DNA of 63,881 nucleotides, filler included, from Sluysia triapertura (taxonomy: Eukaryota): assembly GCA_046118255.1 (NCBI GenBank). It is 5 parts of 5 records of this genome, joined end to end, with 100 filler letters (N's around TTAATTAATTAA, not from the genome) between each part and the next. Parts side by side here need not be neighbours in the genome. Positions count along the whole stretch, not along the records: positions 14,359 to 28,202 come from JBJNIA010017081.1; positions 28,303 to 39,857 come from JBJNIA010183424.1; positions 39,958 to 52,889 come from JBJNIA010071726.1; 2 more parts are not named here. One strand, given 5' to 3'. Below, piece after piece: positions 26,400-40,129 of the stretch; the stretch's first letter is position 1; each line of letters starts with the position of its first letter. Made by a program: the position numbers and the translations under genes. The notes beneath the pieces were generated by a model that was not told the origin of the DNA, made no database searches, and saw only the letters and a list, made by a program, of their open reading frames with translations.

Positions 26400-27060
26400 T
26401 ATTAATTATTAAACAAAAATGTCAGCAATTTTTTTTAGTTTATTGTATTAAGTCACGGATATAAGACATATATCCACGTAAAATCTACGTAAATTTATTT
26501 TGTAACTATTTTTCAAAAATGATCTTATAATAGATCTTTCGAAAAATCTTTATTAAAATATTGTCGTTTTAGGAATTAAATTGATTAAATTAATTCTCGT
26601 AAATTAGTTATTTTATTACCTTTATATTTCATTTGTAACTTTTGTTATCCATTATTTAATAAATTTTTCTTTTAAGTAATTATTTTTTCATTGATAAATT
26701 CTATAGTTTCAATTATAAAATACCCAGTAGATTAAAGATTTCAAGGATTAGAATTTAACTCTAATCACGTAAAATCATTTTTATAGATCCTTTTCATAGG
26801 ATCTTCGTAAAATACCCTCCAAATCATTTCTATTTTTTCAGTTAATAACATTTATAAATTTAATATCGTTAACACTTAACTTTTATTGAAATACCTCCAT
26901 CATTAAACTACATTTAAAAAATTAGTAGTAAGGTTGTTAAGTCAAGAACATCCTAATAAAACTATACACACTTTAGACATTTTTTCTAACCTTTAAATCT
27001 TTTATCTACAAATCCAGCGGACTCACGTTAAAATCCTATTTTATTCTAAGAATCTTCAAA
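26400..27060 (-). mobile_element. Family L1 LTR; left boundary approximate, right end rearranged
   Basis: Shares internal motifs (acgtaaaat..gatcc..ggatc..cg.aaaat) and the terminal tttattcta..cttca(c/a)a with 47518-48613 and 48810-49846. Confidence 0.65.
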
Positions 27061-28202
27061 TAGATGTTTGTAACTGAACCAAAGAATTTACACAAGATTT
27101 ATCATATCTTTGGTTCAGTTACAAACCTCTATGTGAAGATTCTTAGAATAAAATAGGATTTTAACGTGAGTCCGCAAACGTACTAGGCTTACCAGTTAGG
27201 GCTAGCAAAGCACTAGCAAGACATTGACTTTAAACGGCTTCCGATTTGCGCAAAGTGGAAATAAAGAATCATTTTCACACAAAAAAGCAGAAATATAAGA
27301 AAATTATGAATTATCCGTGGAACTAGCGTTAAAACACTAAATGTGGTCCAGAAAATAAAATTGTATAAAGAAACTGCAAGCGTACTATGTATATTATTTA
27401 AGTTCAATTCGCGAATGCTAAGAATATCAAAGGAACTAGTCATTATCTAGTAAGAATAAAATTTACATAGAGAAAGAAGACCTCCATTGTAGCTCTATTT
27501 ATGTATGTTTTATTTTTGTTACTCTCATCTTATTGCTTCTCTCCGACTGTGCGTTTTTGGTTTTTTGTTGTATTCATATTTTTATCTAAAGTATTTATTT
27601 GGGAATTTGATATAATAAGTCGTAGTCTACATTATTTTGTTTTTAAGTTTGAAGAACCTATAAGGTACCTTAAGTACCTTTTAATAAATCATTTAATGTA
27701 ATCGATATTTGTTTGATATTATATGATAAAATGATAATTACAATAATTTTTAACTTTACAATGTCAACTCGAGCATTTTCAAATATCGTTTTCGAAATTT
27801 TATTTTCTGAATCAGATTCTTAAATAACTTGATCAAAAACAATAACGATTCAAAAGTAAAAAGTGAAAAAATCCTTTTACATTTAATTGCTAAAAATTTT
27901 CATTTTATAAACATCGTGTGGACGTCTAGTTATTTTAGCTTTAAATTGTTATTTTACTGCTGAAATTGTAAATATTATTTAAATATTATTTCATTGAGGC
28001 ATAATAATCTATACAGAATCCACAGTGATAATAATCAAGCTATTTATGTATCAAAAATATACAATCAATTACCAGAGAATGTCAAATTACTGGAAGATTA
28101 TGAAATATTTACGAAAAAGGCAAATTTCTTTCTGTTTCAGAAATATTATGGTGAATGATTTACCTTAAGCACTTTTGAGTACTTACGCAGTAGATATGAG
28201 CG

Positions 28203-28302
28203 NNNNNNNNNNNNNNNNNNNNNNNNNNNNNNNNNNNNNNNNNNNNTTAATTAATTAANNNNNNNNNNNNNNNNNNNNNNNNNNNNNNNNNNNNNNNNNN
28301 NN
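28203..28302. other. Assembly spacer
   Basis: N44-TTAATTAATTAA-N44. Confidence 0.99.
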
Positions 28303-28399
28303 CAAGTTTGGTATAAAACGTATATACTAGGCGAACTGACCTTTCAGATAATTTGTTAAGTATAAGGAAATACTAGCAAATTGTATTGAATAAAAACCA

Positions 28400-30973
28400 T
28401 TTAAAAACTCAAAACTTAAATCAATGATGACGAACATTTTAGTTTTAAACTTTACCTTTAAATATTTGACCCCGCTCTTCCACCAAGGCTTCTGCTGCAC
28501 TTCTCGGTTTGTTTTGAAATATTTACAAACTAAATCAAGAATTAAATTATACGAAAAACTGATACTTACAAAATCATTTTTAACTCAGTCATGTTGGTGG
28601 TATGTTTAAGATGCGATTGTTCTGCTTCTAATGGGTATGAGCCATGGTCTAATTGCGTAGGATCATTTTTATTATTTGTTGATAGAACTTGATTAAATTT
28701 TTTTTTGTTTATAGGCATGCAACATTTCGGATCACTTGATTTACTAAAAGAATTCGTCATTTATTCTTGAAGGGTATTTCGTTGCAGATAACTTATGACT
28801 GAATTGGCCTAATTTTTAACTGTTATAATCGAGTTTATCATAATAGCATTAATGAGTTCGTAGTTTTCTGAGGAGTTTTCATCGGAAAAGTGTTGCTTTA
28901 TATTATGACATAAATCGTGTTTTTATTCCTTAATACTCTTTAATGTATTGTTGAAATTTATCATATAGTCATTCTATAATCTTCTTCAGAATTAACATCC
29001 GTATCATTACCAATTCTATTCGTGTCATAGATATCATCATTGTTATTTTTATTACCATTAGTAGTGGTATTATTTAAATAACAAATAAGATTAGTATCCT
29101 TTGGATCCATGAAGGTACTATAATCATTACTTGTAATAATTTCTTTATAATTATCAAACGGAGTTTTAATTTTCATTAAAGAACTTAGTCGTTTTGTAAT
29201 AGATAGATTAGTGATAGTAAATTGATAATAAGTTCTAGGACACAACGGAGTGTCTATCGACATGGATTTATTTTCCACATTAGTACTAATGACATCTTGA
29301 TCGGTATAATTGATAGGTGTAACTAAATTATTTCGAACAGTCAATGGAAAAAATCGTGTCAAATTCAGACGAACATAGTTCATAATGAAATTCAAATAAT
29401 TTTCATCTTTCACTTTATTATATGAATAATAGTAATGTGGCAAAGTATTACTGTGATTATTAGACCATGATTTCATGATGTTTGATTCTATGTTTTTATA
29501 ACATTTATCTTCTAAAAGCTTTTTAAAAACATCAAGTCCATTAACACCGATAGAACTTTCAAAAATTAAACAAAGTGAATTGTTGGCAACATTTTTTAGT
29601 TCATGTACTGAAATAGTTACTTTTTCATCATCTGGAGTATGAAACATTACAATATCGTTCGAATGAAACGCTTTGTCATTTACGTACTGATTAACTAATT
29701 CAGTATCTGGTATTTTCGTAAATTTCTGGTCCATGAAAATTAACATCACATAAAATTGTTTTTTAACTAGACAAAATCATGATTGTTGAAAAGAGAAATT
29801 TTTAATTGAGAATACAATTTTTAATAGTGACAGAGAATTTTTTTGTAAATGAGTTTAATTTTTATTGCTCTAAAGTTTTTTAATTCGTTTAAAACTTTAG
29901 AAATCTCGTTAATGAATGGTTCTGGTTGATTGTCCAATCACGACTCCGACAAAAATTGTAATCAGAGATATCAGTCGCGATTGGACATCAATGTCATGTT
30001 GTGAATTGTGATGGCAAGTTGATAAAAATAATGAATAAAATGTCACTATTGATGATGGTGACAACAAAAAATAATTTAATACATAAAATTAATTGATGAT
30101 TGGTAAAAATAATAACAGTAATATTATTGTTATCATTATTATTAATAAATAAAAGTAATCTGCATAATTATTTCTTTTTGCTTACAAACCACACGATCTT
30201 TCTTTTTAAATTCTTAATCTTCTACATATTAAATAAAAAGAAATAAAACTGATAACATGTTGTGAAGGAATAACAGCATCGAGGTAGATTACGTTTCAGT
30301 TGTCGTTGTTGCTTCTTGTTGAGATAATGAATTGTTTAAAGCTTAATTGTTTATCTTTAAATGAAATAGGAATGAATCGGGTATGTTAGGAAAGCTTATT
30401 GAAATTTATTAAAAGTTTGTAATTTAAGCCCTAAATGTGATAGTTTGAGATGCTTAATGAAAGGTTTTAGTTTATTCACTTTTAAGCGACGATTACAAAA
30501 TAAATCGTAATATATTATAATGTTGTTACGAATAAATGTTGATGATACATATGTATATATGAAGTAGATTTAGCCTGGTGGAGTTGGTTAAAGATTGTAA
30601 TATGAAAGTTTTCTATTTGTGAGGTACTTATTAATATTGTTAAGTGATGCTGATGTATTTCTGATTTCTGTATTATGTATTATGGTTGTGGTTTGTTTGA
30701 TAAAATATCTTATGAGTGAGTACTGTGATTTATTCGAGATTAAATGTCGGAGTTTGTTGTGATGTGAATGGTTAAAAGTGTTAGTCGAATTGTTGATGTG
30801 TGTGGGTTAATGAGATGTTATAAATATCGAGTGTTGTTTATGATAATTGAGTTGGTGTAGTTCGATAGGGAGAAGTGTGATTGCTTTATAGTTTATGTTT
30901 CATTGAAATTTAGATTATGATTACTTGATGTTATGTTTTAAAAGGTTTAAGGTTGTGAGTGTTGGCCACTACA
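28400..30973 (-). mobile_element. Unclassified element, TGTAGTGGCCAACA family (copy A), carrying an orphan ORF; left end approximate
   Basis: Terminus shared with 57744 and 17092. Non-coding 29900-30970 is colinear with 56500-57744. ORF 29749-28961 has a disrupted continuation to about 28566. Confidence 0.7.
28961..29749 (-). CDS. 262-aa intronless ORF of unknown function inside element A
   Basis: A long ORF in AT-rich DNA; weak ordered similarity to the degraded ORF of element B. Confidence 0.5.
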   Translation of the reverse strand: MMLIFMDQKFTKIPDTELVNQYVNDKAFHSNDIVMFHTPDDEKVTISVHELKNVANNSLCLIFESSIGVNGLDVFKKLLEDKCYKNIESNIMKSWSNNHSNTLPHYYYSYNKVKDENYLNFIMNYVRLNLTRFFPLTVRNNLVTPINYTDQDVISTNVENKSMSIDTPLCPRTYYQFTITNLSITKRLSSLMKIKTPFDNYKEIITSNDYSTFMDPKDTNLICYLNNTTTNGNKNNNDDIYDTNRIGNDTDVNSEEDYRMTI

Positions 30974-33900
30974 ATCGGGTTTGCCTATAGTTGACGATTT
31001 ACGCTTATGCGACGTCCCCATAGGATTTAACTATTATATAACGAGAACTATTATTAAATCGTGATAATTCTTATCATATTTTAAAATTTATTAATAGATT
31101 AGATTTATCTCTTCTGTAATCTTTTATTTATTTTATAACCAATTAAAACTTGTCAATTATTAATCTTGGAAAATTATCCGATCTTATTCTTACGAGGTTA
31201 ACTTATCTTTCTTTTGATTTAATTATAAAAACGAGTTAAAGATAAAAAGGTTTATTTAATTCTTTTCATATATTTTATATTATTTATTATCTTAATCTTT
31301 GCTATCTGTTCTCTCTTAAACATGTCCTTTTTATTCAATAATTTTGTTCGTTAATTGTCTACCAAAACAAAATCTAACAACTTGGATATTATATTATCAA
31401 ACTTTCGTAAAATAAATTGAATATAATTATAATTCACAATTAAAGGTACAGAGTTCTAAAATACATAATTTACTTTAAGACAATATAAAAATAACAAAAT
31501 ATAACAGATATAAAAGTTATTAAGTGTAGTAAAGCTCTAATATTAATGAAGATTTTATCAATCAAATTATCTCTAACAAAAAATTAGAGATGTTTTTTTA
31601 TTAAGTATTTTGAGTAAAAAATTATGCTTTAGTAAACTAAGTCAAAACTTACTACTATGAAACTTACGAAATTTTTTTGTTTAATAATTGAATGGATAGC
31701 TGGTCACAATAATGTTTCCAATTACCAATGCTTCGAGTCACGCATCAATTTAAAATCACGTGCCAGTCAAACTTATATACCACTTGAAATCACAAGCAAA
31801 TTACCAATTATGAATAGCATACCACAATTTACTGTTTTGCCCAATTACGAACAAGTATCACAAATTATTAATTTATGAATATCAATGGTAGCGTTCGCGA
31901 CAATAGTTTAAAACTTTCGTTGTGAGTTGTATTTTATATTCATTTGAACCTTTTCATATCCATTCAATTGTTTGCTTTCTTTAAATTTCAAGAAATTTCA
32001 ATTAAGATATTAAAATTAATGGATTCATATTAATTTAATGAGGTTTTATTTATTTATTTAGAAAACAAATATTTGTTTTCTAGAGCAGTTTATAATTAAT
32101 TATCATTAGTTTATAATTATAATTTTAATTATTTCAGATTCTTGATTGACACGAAAACCTTACAGTTGTAACAGTTTCAACTGCTAGATCTATAAGGTGA
32201 CGAGCTGATAAAAGACAAAGCGCTGAATATTACGAGTCAGATATTGTAAATGATAATAAAATTAAATTAATACAAGGCCAAAATTTATATTAGCAATAAC
32301 ATTTTATCTGAGCTTACAAAATAAATGTATAGGGCTCTTTAGGTTTTCAAAATTTCCAAAGGACGGCTATTGGTTTGAGTAGCGTTTTCAAATTTTTGTT
32401 ACTTTGTTAAAACTTCTTTTCCTTTTATAGACGTTATCTCTGAACTTACGCTTGATATTTAATTTTACTTTTAATCACTATTTTTCACTTATTAAAATGC
32501 TTAATTTAACTGTTCTCTTGACATATTAATGAAAATGCTAACACAAGAAAATGTACTCTAGTATTTTAATTGGATCTTAGCTAGCATGAAATAATTGTAC
32601 ATTTTGGGTAATATTTTATTTCTTCCTTAAGGAAGATAGACTCTTCAAAATAAACTTACAAAAATATGGATTCCAAAATACGATCAAATGAATTCCTCGA
32701 ATATCAGTGAAACCTTTAATGTTTACACAATAATAGAAATCTTAATATTTTTCTTTTCTTATGCGTTTGATTTTTTGTGGCTTCTATGTATATATTTTTG
32801 AACAGCAGCATTTGTTAATTTTATGTCCACTTTAATTTATTAAATTTTGGAACCGTTACTTCACATAAATTTAATTCATTTATTTAAAAATGTTAATTTT
32901 ATGTTAAGTACAATCTAATATTAATAAACTAGTTTTCAAATAAATTATTAATAATTTTTAAATGGTAAATTTTAAAGGTATATTAGTTTAATGTTTTTGT
33001 TTAGAGTATTTTAGTACTATAGAAATTGATAACTCATCTCATGAAAATCGTATTCGAAAGCCATATCCTTTCATTGATACTTGTATTTGCATAGTTTATT
33101 TATCAGAAAACGTTTATCAGAGTTATGGTTTCATCAATTACTTACAATGCTAGATATTGGTAAAATTTACGATATTTCAGTGAATTATCATAAAAAATAA
33201 GAAAAAAATATTTGAAGATTCAGTTTAGAACTATTCTGGCTCATATTCCAAACATTTTTTAAAGTTGTATCAACGCTTATTATTATATGATTCGAAAAAT
33301 AAAATGCTTAAACCCGTTTATGCATTTCATACTGATATTCATGACTGCTGTGTTACGATATCCATATTTATATCTCCAAATCAATCATTGATGAAATTCA
33401 ATCTAAAATGCAGAGAAATGTCAGTTTTTGTAACATTGTTCATATGCCTGTGACAATAAATTCCATAGTCTGTGTTGATAGTGTTGAATTATTAGTTATT
33501 AGTTGAATTATTGTTATGAGGCATCGCAAAAACGAAAGTAGAGATTAGTACTTTGTCCAAACATATTGAATTGAATGAGTTACAACGTAAAGCTTACAAT
33601 ATACCAACGAGTAACGGCTATAATACTGCTTATTATTAGCCCATTAATTGACTCACAAAAATTTTATAAAATTTAAAGAAAAATAATCACTAGAGAATTT
33701 TTAGATATTAATTGGACAGTTTTATGAATGGCAAATAGTGTCATCCGTGAAATAGAGTGGAAAGTAAAGCTTTATTGAAGAGATGATGCACAGCCTCTGA
33801 AATGTTGAATTTTTAATTTTCATACACTTTGTAAATATTTTAATAAATGTCTTGAATTTAGGCCATCTAGGCTATTAGATTAAAAATATATGAATATTAA

Positions 33901-34639
33901 AAAATTGATTTTTCGTGATTCAAATAATTTTCAAAAATAATTAAATTTAATTTAAAAGTGACGTAACAATTTTAGTAAGATTTTTCCATAAAGAAGAGGA
34001 AAAGTTGAATAAAGAGAATATCATTATGTATGTGATTTATTTTTCTGCACAAAATTTTAATTTTTAAATTTAATTTGACTATACTAAACGGAACTAATTT
34101 AAAGTTCAACTTTGGCTTAATGCTTTTAATTGTGATATACAATTCAACTATCGGGAAATTAAAATACAGTTTAGGCTTAATGACTTTTGAAACACTGTAA
34201 AATTTTAGTAATAATAAATTAACCAATTTGAAACAATTATTTATTAAAAAATAAGCAATTTAAGGTTGAAAACAAAGAATCAAACATGAACAACACTATG
34301 CACTCGAATATATGCTTTATTAAAGTAACGTTTAACAATTTCTTAGTTGTAACATAGAACCAGATTTTTAAAATTCTATTGTGTAATCGGATAAAATAAT
34401 AATTAATACATTTCTTAATAATACGGCATGAAATGACTTGAGAAAATCACATTATTTTGTAATATTGTTTTTATTATTTGTACTCATCAAATTGTTTTTC
34501 TGGTAGTCAAGAGTGATAAAATTGAGCAATAAATCATAATTTTCGTCAGCATAATTGTAATAATTTTTGTTTATCGATTTCTTTTTACTGTAGTCCTGTT
34601 TATTAATTATTATTAACCTTATGCATTTTATTTTATATT

Positions 34640-35430
34640 TTCAGGTGTTCGAGCTATGTTTTGGAGCCAACTGTTGTTCTAAATTATTTAATTCATTTAT
34701 GTCACTTGCATCATTAGTAAGGTCAACTGTATCTAGTAAAACTCATGGTTTATTTTCTTTTCCGTCGGGTTGGTAAGTACAGGCATTATATTTTTCCGTA
34801 TCATTTATTTCAGGAGTTACAATCTTATGCAAATAATTATTTTGGGGGTAATTTACAATCAGAGTTGCAATTTGATATTTCATCCATTTGAGATAATATT
34901 GTATATTCATTTTTGGATTTCAATAATTCACTCTTTCTAATAATAGCTTTCAATAGACATGGTGCCTTGTTAACATAAATATTATTCGATTCTAAATTTT
35001 CGTAGAATTATATATCAGCAGTATCTATGCCTAACATAACATGAACTATTTCGATAGCATGAACTAAATTATCATCATTTGATAATAATAAATTTTGTTC
35101 TTTATCAGCATCTTTGTCATTATGAAATAGTGAATTATTAATTAAACGATTATTAACAGTAGGTAATGATAATTGCTCAAATACATTAAAACAACACAAT
35201 ATAGCAGCCATCAATTGAAAATCATATATTAATGTTGTTTTATTCATTATTTGATTTCACGTATTGATAATGATATTTCTAAATATTTGTATACTCACAT
35301 TCGTTTGACAAAATAACTTTAGTAATTTGAATAAAGTCATTGAAAATATTGATTTATTAGTTTCCATGGTGATATTTTCAGCAGTGATTGATTTTCAGTT
35401 AAGCTATTTAACGCGTTTAATATTTCAATT
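34640..35430 (-). pseudogene. Decayed coding-like fragment of an unidentified gene
   Basis: Mostly open frame extending both sides of ORF 35247-35008 with isolated stops; protein-like composition. Confidence 0.35.
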
Positions 35431-35457
35431 ATTAGGAGTAAGATAAGGCCAAAGTCA

Positions 35458-36039
<582 letters not shown>

Positions 36040-36373
36040 TTAATTACTATAAGACAAATGAAAATGAAAGATGATCGTAACAAGAATTATCATGAGTTTT
36101 TAAAGTGTTCTTCAACATATATTGCCAAACAATTTCGAAACTCTGATAAAAAAGATCGTTTTCGGGTTTTCTAAATATTCAGGTTGTAACTAACGAATCC
36201 TTTTTTATAACTATAAACTTAACGAGCAAAATCTAGTATGTAAAATTAATTTTTCTAAACTAAACGGGAAGAATCATCTAGTCAAAATATTTTAGTATTG
36301 AACGTCAGTTCTTATTTTGAGTTTTGTAGTGCACTATTTTATTCATTTTAGAACCGAAAGAAACCAAAAATAT

Positions 36374-37483
36374 TGTGAGAAAAGTAATATGAAACTTATA
36401 GAATAAACTTATAGTAAAAGCTTAACCAACATACTGGACTTACCAGATAGGGTCAGCCGTTGGATTTGTAGATAAAAGTAAAAAGAATTTTCTCAAAATG
36501 CAACATTAATTGAAAGCTTCTTTATTTGGTTTTATTATTATTATTTTTTTTACATCGTTTTAAAAAGTCTAGAGGTATATAGTCAAAAATAATTTAATTG
36601 ATATTTTACGTAGATTCTATGAAAAGGATCGTTAATAAGTATTTTACATTGTTAGAATTAAAACCTGACTATGAAAATCTTTTTCGTGGTACTGATTTTA
36701 TATTTAAAACTATTTAATAATAACGAAGAAATGTTATGGGAAATTTTAGTAAACAATGATTAAAAGACTTTGTTACACAAATAAAAAATAAAAGGTAATA
36801 ATAAAATTTAAGAAGAATTACTTTAAGTAATTCTTATTTCATTAATATTTTAGTAAAAGATTTTACGTGGATCTGTTGCAAGATCCAAAGTAAATATTAA
36901 ATTTACGTGGATTTTTCGTTGATATCACTAGGATATCTGAAATTATTATAAATAAACTAACGGTTATTTTATTGATCAAAGGTAAATCTGTTCAAAAGTT
37001 TTTATTTTGATTTCCGATGTATCGAAGCAAAACCACTCATCAAGTATACCAAAAATTTATTGTCACAGCTTTGTTGTCAAAAAATTTATTATCGAAAAGC
37101 TATTATCAAAAAATTGTTTATTGATATTGTGAAACTGAAATTTATTTGTTCATTATATGTAGGTTTATTGACCTTGACCAGATTTGAATTTTAATTTAAA
37201 ATAAAAATATAAATTTTAGATTTTAAAAATTAAATGAAAATTATTTACAAAAATATATCTATAAATTTTAAAAACAAAATTAATATTTAAAACATTTACA
37301 ATAAAATATTTACAAAAATAAAAAATAAAACATACTTTTAAATAAAAATTTAAAATAATTGATTGAATATTGTTGGAATTATTATAAAATAGTCAATAAT
37401 TTAGTATAAAGTTAACACATAAATCAATTGTTTGAATATCAATAATTTAGTATAAAGTTCAAAATAACACACTTAATATAACA
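36374..37483 (+). mobile_element. Solo LTR (family L1)
   Basis: ATAT|TGTGAGAAA...TATAACA|ATAT: TG..CA ends, 4-bp TSD, 1110 bp, CCAAC..GTTGG hairpin near the start. Confidence 0.8.
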
Positions 37484-39857
37484 ATATTAAATTACGTATA
37501 AAGCGAGTATTTGTCATACATAATTTTGAAGATCTAATTCTATTTGAATAATTTTTCTAATACTGAAGATTTGATTTTGAATATCAATCCTGAAATAATA
37601 AAGCAAAATAAAATATTAAAGATATTCCGTAACAATTTAGTAAAGAAATGTTATGTTTTTTAAGCAACTTAGTAAAAATATAAAACCAATATATAAATAC
37701 AAAGGATTATAACTTATAATGTAAATAAATAAATCTGGTTAATGCTTGAAGCTTTAATTTTAATTATATATATATATAAAATAACGTCCGTAAATTACAT
37801 CTTAGCGAATTTGGCATACTATATTTTTGTTCTTTAAATTAGTTGAGATAACGAAATAATAAGCAGTTTATTAATGATATTTGATATTTTGTTGAAATAT
37901 TAAAAAAGATTATGTGATAAGGTATTTGTTGAATTAGCACTAAAGAATAAATCATTTTAATAAAGTAACATAGTAAAAATATTGAATTTACATGCTCGAA
38001 CAAAGAGTTTCAAGTCACAATAGTATAAGTAATTAAGGATCTTATTAAGTGTATAATAGTTTAATATTTATTATTATTTAATAGATAACGCTAGAATCTA
38101 TTTAAGTCGAATCTTTTCGTAGAGCCAATACTAATATTTAGCAAAAATCCTGTGACCTCATCTTCCATTAGGATTTAAATCGTTGATCACAGGTGAACCC
38201 AAAAACTTAAGTTATATTTACTATAAGATTTACATATAAAAACACAAGTAGTTCGTATTGAAAGAATAAGGAGATTGTTCGGCACAAATTGCAGGAGATT
38301 AGTTGGCTTATGACGGACTAAAAAGAAATGAATAATTATATGAAGTAATTATTTTCTCTTTCCAACTTTTAATCTCCTAAGCAATTACCCAACTACTATA
38401 CTTTTGTAATAAAATCAGAACAAGGTAGCTGAATGAGATATAGAGCCTCATTTCCATTAGTAGAGCTGCGTCACCACATTTGTAATAAACAGTGTGACTG
38501 AGAACTTACTTTTAGAATTGACTAAACTTTATGTGCAATATTTCTAATTTTACGGTTAGTGATATGCGTTTTTATTATTGTTAAATATGGGTTTCAACAT
38601 TTGTCGCGTTGTCATCTCTGGAATAATTGAATAAGTGTTAATAATTAATAATTTTGAATTTAAATATTTTTTTAAAAGAATAATTGATAATTTTGTTATT
38701 TCTGCGATTTAAATAACAAAATATATCGAAATTACATATTAATTTAATTATTATTTTGAATAAAAACACAAATAAAATCATTGTTTAAACGTTTCAGATA
38801 TTTGAACTCTATCACAATTCTCACAAAATAATTGCGTTTTATAAAGTGATATAATATTAAACATATTGAGACTCTTACGACATCCAACTTCTAAACTAAT
38901 TTAACTATGTTTTGTCAAGGCATGAAAACATAGACACAACACCGTAATTGTCTTATGTACATCGATGTTGGTACATGTTTAGTGGTCAGAGAAAGTAAAT
39001 CGTCACAATAGTTTAATCTGAAGGTTTATAATCATGAGTACATACCGAGAAATATTTCCATCGAATTGACTTCTTTGATGCAAAAAGTGATCACTTCAAT
39101 TACTATAATTTTATTCACAAAAGTTCTGGGTTTTGAAAATTACTTTATTCGTTGCCAAGGTGATAATAATGCATTCTAACACTATATTATCGTAGCAATA
39201 ATAATAGAAAGAGAACATCATTAAAATACAATGATTAGGTCCCAAAATTTATAATTTAGTGATTCATAAGATACCGTAAAATGTATTAATGTTTTGCCGA
39301 TGAGTAAAAGATTTGTAAATATGGTATAGTGTTATGTAGTAATTGGTGCTGAATATTTTTGATGTGTATTTATGCGATAATAAAATCGTCGGTAATGATT
39401 TGGGTCACTAAAGCAAAATTCTTCAAAGTTTCCTAACTTAATATTGCAGTGGTACTGTAAGACAACATCTCAGATAAATAGTCTACATTCAGTTGGTACA
39501 TTTTTGTACTGGGGAAGAGAAAATCTATTTTTTATAAGGTTCCGACTATGGATGTATTGGCATTATGGAAAAGTTACCAATTATTTCCCAAATCATTTTA
39601 GTGAAGGTGATCCATATGTACGCGATTGCAAATTTAGATTCAGTTGTGCGTGAATTTGCACGAGACAGAATTTTATCATTACATGAAATAAAATGTAAAT
39701 GGTATCCATGCTAATAATGCTGACATATTAGAAGTTTTAACTACATTTGAGATTAATTAAATTAAGCAATCTAACATTAAGTACATATTATTAATTTTAG
39801 CCCAAACTAATCTTGATTTTTAAAAATTATTTTTACTGATATATCATGTATGAATGA

Positions 39858-39957
39858 NNNNNNNNNNNNNNNNNNNNNNNNNNNNNNNNNNNNNNNNNNN
39901 NTTAATTAATTAANNNNNNNNNNNNNNNNNNNNNNNNNNNNNNNNNNNNNNNNNNNN
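39858..39957. other. Assembly spacer
   Basis: N44-TTAATTAATTAA-N44. Confidence 0.99.
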
Positions 39958-40057
39958 CGTTATAATAAATATTGTTAAATTTTAAATATAATGTTGGGGT
40001 AAAAAGGCCTACACTGCCATGATGGTAATATTGACTATAAAGTAAAATTGTTAGGCG

Positions 40058-40129
40058 GGACTGATAGCTCAGTGGTACAGCATCGAACTGCGCAACGAGA
40101 GGTCCCGGGTTTGATCCCTAGTCAGTCCA
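40058..40129 (+). tRNA. tRNA-like gene, pseudogene or SINE head (Cys-like body, GCG at the anticodon position)
   Basis: Perfect 7-bp acceptor stem GGACTGA/TCAGTCC-A, A box TAGCTCAGTGG, B-box-like GGTTTGATCC, 72 nt, TTTT directly downstream. The anticodon and T stems are mispaired. Confidence 0.7.

Noticed and set aside
31657-31878. EWIAGHNN resembling the RNase H WIPGH motif
   Set aside because: The following GNE.AD motif and other RNase H/RT motifs are missing.
34646-34950. Plus-strand exon pair with a ~41-nt GTAAGT..TTTCAG intron
   Set aside because: The product is unrecognisable and the opposite strand reads more like decayed coding sequence; insufficient support.
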